Part shown: in pieces, positions 45,573-50,874 of the stretch
Numbering within the stretch: the stretch's first letter is position 1
How the letters are laid out: the number at the start of each line of letters is the position of its first letter
DNA from: a virus
Taxonomy: Duplodnaviria > Caudoviricetes
Virus record (IMG/VR): IMGVR_UViG_3300021371_000024
Coordinates: 1 to 50,874 of that record
Strand: one strand, 5' to 3'
Length of the DNA stretch: 50,874 bases
The notes under the pieces: model-generated
The model's database searches: none
What the model was told of the DNA's origin: nothing
What the model saw: the letters and a program-made list of their open reading frames with translations, nothing else
Position numbers and translations under genes: made by a program

Positions 45573-47652
45573 TAAATCCTTGTTCTTGAGGTGTAGGTAC
45601 TTGACCTGTTCCTATGTTACCACCCCCTGCTCCTGTAGGATCTAAAGGGTTGGCTCCCTGTTGTTGTTGCTCTTGGGCTGGGGCTGCAAAGCCTTTCATA
45701 AGCTCTGCTTGTATTGCTGCCTCATCCATGTTGTTAGTTACTTTATCTGGGTCTAGCTCCATTGACTTAGCAATTTCTCTAATAATATACTGGAACTTAG
45801 CATATGGCGCTAGTGAAGGATTAGATGCTACTTGTAAAAACTGCATCAAACGCTGGCTACGTACTTCATTAGCCATAAGACTTTCTGTACCACGAGCTTT
45901 AACTTCTAAGTCTCCACGCAACTCAGGATCATAACTAAACTGCATGTTAAAACTAAACAAGCCTTCACCTAATGGTCGAAGTAAGTAATCATCAATGTTT
46001 TTAATTACTGTTTTTATACCGCCCTGTGCGGCACCCATAAGCATAGAAATGCCAGAAGCAGTACGACCCACGCCACTGACCCCTGTTTGACCATGAGCGA
46101 AAGATGGAAATCCAGTTGACTCATCTGCTAATACCCTTGCCTTATCAAATAGCTGCAGATTTTCTCCTGCAACATTAGGAAATTTAGTTCCAAACACTGC
46201 CTGTCCTGGGGCACCACCTTGGCGTCTAAATACCTTCCCAGGATATACTGATAGATCTTGGCCTGGAACTAAGTTAGTTTCATCTACTTCAATCAATAGG
46301 TTACCAGATAATACAGCATTGTCAACTGCCATTCGCATAAAACCATTCATTAAAGTTTGCGTATCATCCATATTTTCTGCTAGACCTACGCCAAAGAAGC
46401 CATAAGGATTTAGTTCATACGGAGAGGCATGATACGGAATCTTAGCAGGTTTGAAAGGATTAAGTACCATGCGTAGTAGTTTACCATTACAGATCCAAAC
46501 GTTTGCTTGCAGTTCATCAAAGCCAGACAGTTCACTAGGAATATCTACGCCTTGCTCTTCTAGTAGCTCTACGTCTACCATACCCCAATACTCTAGTACT
46601 TCAAAACGATCAATACCATGTTCAGGTGCGAAGTCAGCTAAGTCATGCTCCCAATCTTTTCGTGTATAATCTTCACCATAACCAATAGCTTCGTCAATTA
46701 AAGATGCTCTAAAGTAAGGACGCTTCTTGAGGGCACGTAGTTGTGTGCGTGATAGTTTATGTCGCTCAATAACAAACTGAGCTTCATCCATGTTACTTGC
46801 ATCTGGATCTGGGTAAAAGTTCCATACAGATACGTGAGATACCTGTGGTACTGTTTTAATCATAGGAGAGTATTCGCCATCTTCATTCCAATTAGCGTAC
46901 TCTTTATCTACAGCAAATGGACCTTTCATTACGCCAGTACCAAACAATGCCATTTCAAATACTGTGCTACGTAAATGTTTACCTGCACTTGACTCATCTA
47001 ACTGATCGTGTATTTTCTTTTGCATTTTTTTAGCTGCAATCATTGCGGGGCTAAATGTAATAGCAGAAGGCGTAAGTCCTGTAGTACCCTTTAGATTATC
47101 TATATCTTCTAGTTTTTCTTTTAGTGGCCCAAGACTTTCCATAAGGGTCTTTTCTGTCGCACCCTTAACCCACTCTTTACCATCTCCCTTATAGCCATAT
47201 GGAGATACAATATCATTCTTAGTATCTTTACGTAGTTGTTCAGGTTCTTTAGGATCAAAACTAACATCTGCTACAACACCATCTGGTAACTCTGTAGGAT
47301 CTACGCTTAATGGGAATCTATTGTTAGCAAATAGTACATCAATCATTTGACCATATGCAGCTAATGTTTTTGTTTTAGTTACTTTAATAAACACACGAGA
47401 CTTTTCAGCTTCTGTAAATTGTACGTCAGAACCATACAGTCCTCTATAGTTTCTGTACGATTTAAGCCAGCGTTGTTCGTCCTGCTCACGATAATCCTCA
47501 GAACGTTTATATCTTTCCATAATAAATGGAATTATTTTAGATGCACCATAGTCTTCAACATCAGAGTTTTCTGTGTCTTCAAGGGCAATGGAATCGTCCT
47601 CAATAAAAATTTCATCAATATCTGACATATAGTTTCTTTCCTTAATATCCAA
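45505..47652 (-). CDS. portal protein
   Basis: About 700 aa after terminase; FGTGVMKGP, FYPDP, FFGVG motifs; true start probably near 47628. Confidence 0.88.
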   Translation of the reverse strand: MDIKERNYMSDIDEIFIEDDSIALEDTENSDVEDYGASKIIPFIMERYKRSEDYREQDEQRWLKSYRNYRGLYGSDVQFTEAEKSRVFIKVTKTKTLAAYGQMIDVLFANNRFPLSVDPTELPDGVVADVSFDPKEPEQLRKDTKNDIVSPYGYKGDGKEWVKGATEKTLMESLGPLKEKLEDIDNLKGTTGLTPSAITFSPAMIAAKKMQKKIHDQLDESSAGKHLRSTVFEMALFGTGVMKGPFAVDKEYANWNEDGEYSPMIKTVPQVSHVSVWNFYPDPDASNMDEAQFVIERHKLSRTQLRALKKRPYFRASLIDEAIGYGEDYTRKDWEHDLADFAPEHGIDRFEVLEYWGMVDVELLEEQGVDIPSELSGFDELQANVWICNGKLLRMVLNPFKPAKIPYHASPYELNPYGFFGVGLAENMDDTQTLMNGFMRMAVDNAVLSGNLLIEVDETNLVPGQDLSVYPGKVFRRQGGAPGQAVFGTKFPNVAGENLQLFDKARVLADESTGFPSFAHGQTGVSGVGRTASGISMLMGAAQGGIKTVIKNIDDYLLRPLGEGLFSFNMQFSYDPELRGDLEVKARGTESLMANEVRSQRLMQFLQVASNPSLAPYAKFQYIIREIAKSMELDPDKVTNNMDEAAIQAELMKGFAAPAQEQQQQGANPLDPTGAGGGNIGTGQVPTPQEQGFSGNEQGPTAQPPQANAGQPPTG

Positions 47653-49219
47653 ATGTTGCGTCTGCTACTTGCATACCGCTTGCCATAGTAGGGCCACCAA
47701 ATTCAAAGTTAGTAAATCGTGGTCGTGACATGATACCGTATCTTAAAGCATCGTACAAGTGATCTTCTGAGGTTGTGTCAATATCCTCTGGGTTTCGTTT
47801 GTCGATGGGTAAGGCTGGAAGCTGTGCAATAAGATTGTGGCAAGTATTAAAGAAAACCATACGAGGCTCTTCTGTGTATTCGTCAACTTGCAATCTCCTG
47901 TGTACTTCGTTCTTACCAGCTACACGAGAGCCTCTTGATCTGTCGGATGGACGCCAGCGACATCCTTTCATAATCATTTGTTCAGCCAATGACGGGCCAG
48001 TATCACCACGCTTGTGCCATAAAGAACTATCCAAAACACCATATCTAATTGAGCCATCTTCAGCCTCTGCATCCAATACCATATCAGCTAGATCTGTAGC
48101 TAATACTTTTCCTACATATAATTCTCTATATACTACTAACTGTTCACTAGGAGATACTGCAAACCAAATAACCCCTGACTTACTTCCATACCCATAGTCA
48201 CATGCTCTAAACTTAACCCAGTTATGAGGTATAGCAAAAGGTTCAACTACGTGTATATGTCTGTTAAACTCTGTAAAGGCTGCGCCTTCTTTAATATCCC
48301 AGTCACCTTCTAGTAACTGTCTACGCTGCTGTTCAGGTAGTGACAGAAGCATTGCTTCATAGTCGCCTTGTTTAGCTAGGTAAGGATTGTCGGAAAGACG
48401 GGCAGGTATAAACCTACGTTTGAATAAAGGTTTGCCAGCTTTCGAGTGTCCAGCAGGATAGCGTAATACTTCGCCTGTTTCAATATCAGTTGCATCAAAT
48501 GATTCTCCAGCGGAGGCAGGGTCAATAAACATTTTTTTAACCCAATGATGACCCCTACCTCCTGGGTTTGTAGTAGCCCTCATGTATACTGGTAAATCAC
48601 TTGCTGTAGACCTTAAGCGACTTCGCATATAATTCCACGCGAATGGGGTAGGCCACTGAGTTAGTTCGTCGAAACCTATCCAGCTAAACGCAAGACCTTG
48701 GTATCTTAATACATCATCTTCTCTATCTAAGTAAGACATCCATAGTCTGGCACCAGATGGTGCAGTCCATTGCATCTTACGTTCTGACCACTTAATTCCA
48801 GGCCAGATCTTAGGGTACATTTCCTGAGATTTAAATATAAGTTCTCTTAGTTCTTCTGTGGTATGCCGTAGGAGCAATCCTGAAAAGGCTGGGTGCCCCA
48901 TAAAGCGTAAAGGGTCAGCTAACATCGCATATGACTTACCCCCACCTGCAGAACCACCATATAAAACTTCACGCTCACCTGCAGCTAAGAAATCAGTTTG
49001 TGGGCCAGCGTTAGGTTTAAATATTACATTATGTTCTTCCTCAACCTGCTGAGTAAACTCTTCTATAATGTCATGCTGCGGATTGGGTGCTTTCGCTTTG
49101 CGTTTTTGCTGTGGCTCCTGTGCGACTATTTTCGATCTCTTCCGCTTTGGCGATTGCCTTTTTCGCATAGTCTGCCCATCTGCGTAAGCTGCCAGCTTTG
49201 TTTTTTCTTCTTCGTTCAT
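47642..49219 (-). CDS. terL: terminase large subunit
   Basis: Walker A GGSAGGGKS, Walker B IGFDE, TTNPGG, DYG, DHLYDALRY; start uncertain. Confidence 0.93.
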   Translation of the reverse strand: MNEEEKTKLAAYADGQTMRKRQSPKRKRSKIVAQEPQQKRKAKAPNPQHDIIEEFTQQVEEEHNVIFKPNAGPQTDFLAAGEREVLYGGSAGGGKSYAMLADPLRFMGHPAFSGLLLRHTTEELRELIFKSQEMYPKIWPGIKWSERKMQWTAPSGARLWMSYLDREDDVLRYQGLAFSWIGFDELTQWPTPFAWNYMRSRLRSTASDLPVYMRATTNPGGRGHHWVKKMFIDPASAGESFDATDIETGEVLRYPAGHSKAGKPLFKRRFIPARLSDNPYLAKQGDYEAMLLSLPEQQRRQLLEGDWDIKEGAAFTEFNRHIHVVEPFAIPHNWVKFRACDYGYGSKSGVIWFAVSPSEQLVVYRELYVGKVLATDLADMVLDAEAEDGSIRYGVLDSSLWHKRGDTGPSLAEQMIMKGCRWRPSDRSRGSRVAGKNEVHRRLQVDEYTEEPRMVFFNTCHNLIAQLPALPIDKRNPEDIDTTSEDHLYDALRYGIMSRPRFTNFEFGGPTMASGMQVADATFGY

Positions 49220-49499
49220 TATCCAACCGTTTCTTGAGTCCTACATGCGAAATAGTTCTACCTGTATTTCTGGTCAACCAGTTCGCTACTTCACGATACG
49301 AATACTGTTTAAGATACTGTTTCGCTTCCTCAAGCATATCAAGTTCTAAACTAATTGGCAAGAGTATTCCGTCATCTTCTGGATTTAATTTATATCCAAA
49401 TGGAACTGTTCTTGCTACTCGTGGGATAGGTGTCCACTCATTATCTTCTTTAAGGTCTGTTGGTTGGGGTAGTTTCCATTTACCTAATGGCTTAGTCAT
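49071..49499 (-). CDS. HTH/recombinase-domain-like DNA-binding protein
   Basis: VPFGY...SYREVANWL...GRTISHVGL. Confidence 0.6.
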   Translation of the reverse strand: MTKPLGKWKLPQPTDLKEDNEWTPIPRVARTVPFGYKLNPEDDGILLPISLELDMLEEAKQYLKQYSYREVANWLTRNTGRTISHVGLKKRLDNERRRKNKAGSLRRWADYAKKAIAKAEEIENSRTGATAKTQSESTQSAA

Positions 49500-49866
49500 C
49501 TTCTTCCTGTACTTGTTTGGCTGGCATTAACATAACACCACCCTTAGCTTCTACCTGCATCTTTTCAGTTTTAACTAAACCAGTACGATCTAGTAATTCT
49601 TTAGCTGCTGCCATTTTATCACGAATGCCTAGCTCAGTAGGATAATACAAAGCACTAACCATAGCCATTGCAGCTTTAGGTACATTACGTGCTAAGTAAC
49701 TGTGTGTAACATCTAGGATCTCTTCCTTAAGACTGTTAGTAATTTCAGTGTTAGTAGTATTAGGTGAGTATCCTGCCAGCTTCTTAGCCATAGTAATATC
49801 GCCACCTGCCTCATCCATAAGGACAGCAAGAAACTTTTGTTGGCGCTCTGTTAGTTCTCGTGCCAT
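49492..49866 (-). CDS. terS: terminase small subunit
   Basis: LTERQQKF...AGYS N-terminal motif; AAKELLDR; position upstream of terL. Confidence 0.65.
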   Translation of the reverse strand: MARELTERQQKFLAVLMDEAGGDITMAKKLAGYSPNTTNTEITNSLKEEILDVTHSYLARNVPKAAMAMVSALYYPTELGIRDKMAAAKELLDRTGLVKTEKMQVEAKGGVMLMPAKQVQEEDD

Positions 49867-49867
49867 A

Positions 49868-50383
49868 TTATTCCTCTATCATACGGAGTGCTTGCTCCAA
49901 TGTTTCTTTGTTGCGGCGTGTCCAACCGCGACCAAATGTCTCAAATGTTTTTAACGACTCATAAAATGATTGACGTTGTGTATACACATTTTCAACAATA
50001 GCTTTAGGTTCTTTATTCATAATAGCCTGTAGTGTACGTGGTCCTATAGCACCATCTGGTGTTGCTCCAACAGCACGTTGAATAGCTTTAGCTGGGCGAC
50101 CGCTACCAGAATTAACGGCCCAGTCAAAGGCGCACCAGTCAACACCGCTAGGAAGATCATCACCTCGTACCCTATCCCAATAATTTTTCTTATAGATAGG
50201 AGCTACATCTACAGATGTTAAGGCTCGCATCTCTTCTTCTGTAGATTCCCTACCTATCCACTTATCATAGACAGCTTTAGTAACGCCAAGGTTAGTCATA
50301 CCCCCAGGATCTTTAGGGTGATTTACGAATCCACCTTCGTGATGGAGTAACATAGATAAACATTTGTTAAAATTTTTATGCAT
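49868..50383 (-). CDS. endolysin, glycoside hydrolase family 108 with peptidoglycan-binding domain
   Basis: HEGGFVNHPKDPGGMTNLGVT, FDWAVNSG, DGAIGPRT, FGRGWTRR. Confidence 0.92.
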   Translation of the reverse strand: MHKNFNKCLSMLLHHEGGFVNHPKDPGGMTNLGVTKAVYDKWIGRESTEEEMRALTSVDVAPIYKKNYWDRVRGDDLPSGVDWCAFDWAVNSGSGRPAKAIQRAVGATPDGAIGPRTLQAIMNKEPKAIVENVYTQRQSFYESLKTFETFGRGWTRRNKETLEQALRMIEE

Positions 50384-50384
50384 A

Positions 50385-50874
50385 TTATTTAGGCTTTCTT
50401 GGTGGGCGCATAGATCCTGCTGCTGCAGGTTTATTAGGTGGACGCTTACTAGGTGTACCAGTAGAATTAAACGTTTTAGCTTTTGCTACTTCTTTTTCAA
50501 TACGAGTTTGTAGCTGTGCGCGTTTTTTAGCGTCAGTTTCAGCCTTAAGTTTTTTACGCATTTCTGCTAACTTAGCTGCCTGTGCTTGTCTTTGGGCTTT
50601 AGTCTTATCACTTATAACCTTTGCTGCACCAGCAGCGCCAGATGCTACACCTACGCCAAATCCAATACGTTGAGCTTTACGTGAAGCACGTTGTCCTCTA
50701 GTCGCTTGCTCTACTTGACGTTGACCAGCTTTAGGCTTAGTAGCCATATCTTTAGCGTGTTTAGCACCTTGCTGTGCCAGTTTTTTACCGTATCTTTTAA
50801 CTGCTGCTGCCATACCTTTACTAGCAATATACCTAGCTACGGTTGCTACTCCTGCTGCTATTAGTGGTGCTACC
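50385..50874 (-). CDS. basic A/K-rich hypothetical protein, probably 5'-truncated by the window edge
   Basis: Frame stays open upstream of 50813 to the window end (VAPLIAAGVATVARYIASKG-MAAAV...). Confidence 0.6.
   Translation of the reverse strand, partial: VAPLIAAGVATVARYIASKGMAAAVKRYGKKLAQQGAKHAKDMATKPKAGQRQVEQATRGQRASRKAQRIGFGVGVASGAAGAAKVISDKTKAQRQAQAAKLAEMRKKLKAETDAKKRAQLQTRIEKEVAKAKTFNSTGTPSKRPPNKPAAAGSMRPPRKPK

Noticed and set aside
49155-49210. Programmed -1 frameshift fusing the HTH gene to terL
   Set aside because: The terL frame is +1 relative to the HTH gene, so a -1 slip at the A-rich runs would not reach it.
589-49954. Numerous antisense or nested ORFs in the track (e.g. 589-972, 27577-28263, 29083-29580, 43098-43538, 47775-48197)
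   Set aside because: They are shadows of real genes on the opposite strand, conflict with the clean two-arm strand organisation, and show no recognisable motifs.

Overview
The window is nearly a whole genome (about 51 kb) of a marine podovirus. It is most consistent with the HMO-2011-type phages of SAR116/Roseobacter Alphaproteobacteria. The evidence is a family A DNA polymerase with a DnaJ-type zinc-finger insert, a tyrosine integrase upstream of primase/helicase, class II RNR, ThyX and MazG, and no recognisable RNA polymerase. The + strand (1-19.9 kb) carries small early genes, then replication and nucleotide-metabolism genes. The - strand (20-50.9 kb) carries lysin, terminase, portal, scaffold, capsid, tail, fibre and internal virion genes. 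The two arms converge at a hairpin terminator near 19.95 kb. The most unusual part is the first ~6 kb. It has six co-oriented copies of a 22-bp near-perfect palindrome (TTAAGTCCAACGTTGGACCTAA), three of them inside genes with no synonymous change. Long intergenic stem-loops precede several early genes; one is duplicated with a compensatory base-pair change and two are multi-branched. In or next to the array are an HhH-GPD glycosylase-like gene, a winged-HTH gene and a stand-alone restriction-enzyme-like DNA-binding domain. Together these suggest an uncharacterised early-region control or protection system. All family assignments come from motif recognition by eye, with no database search.
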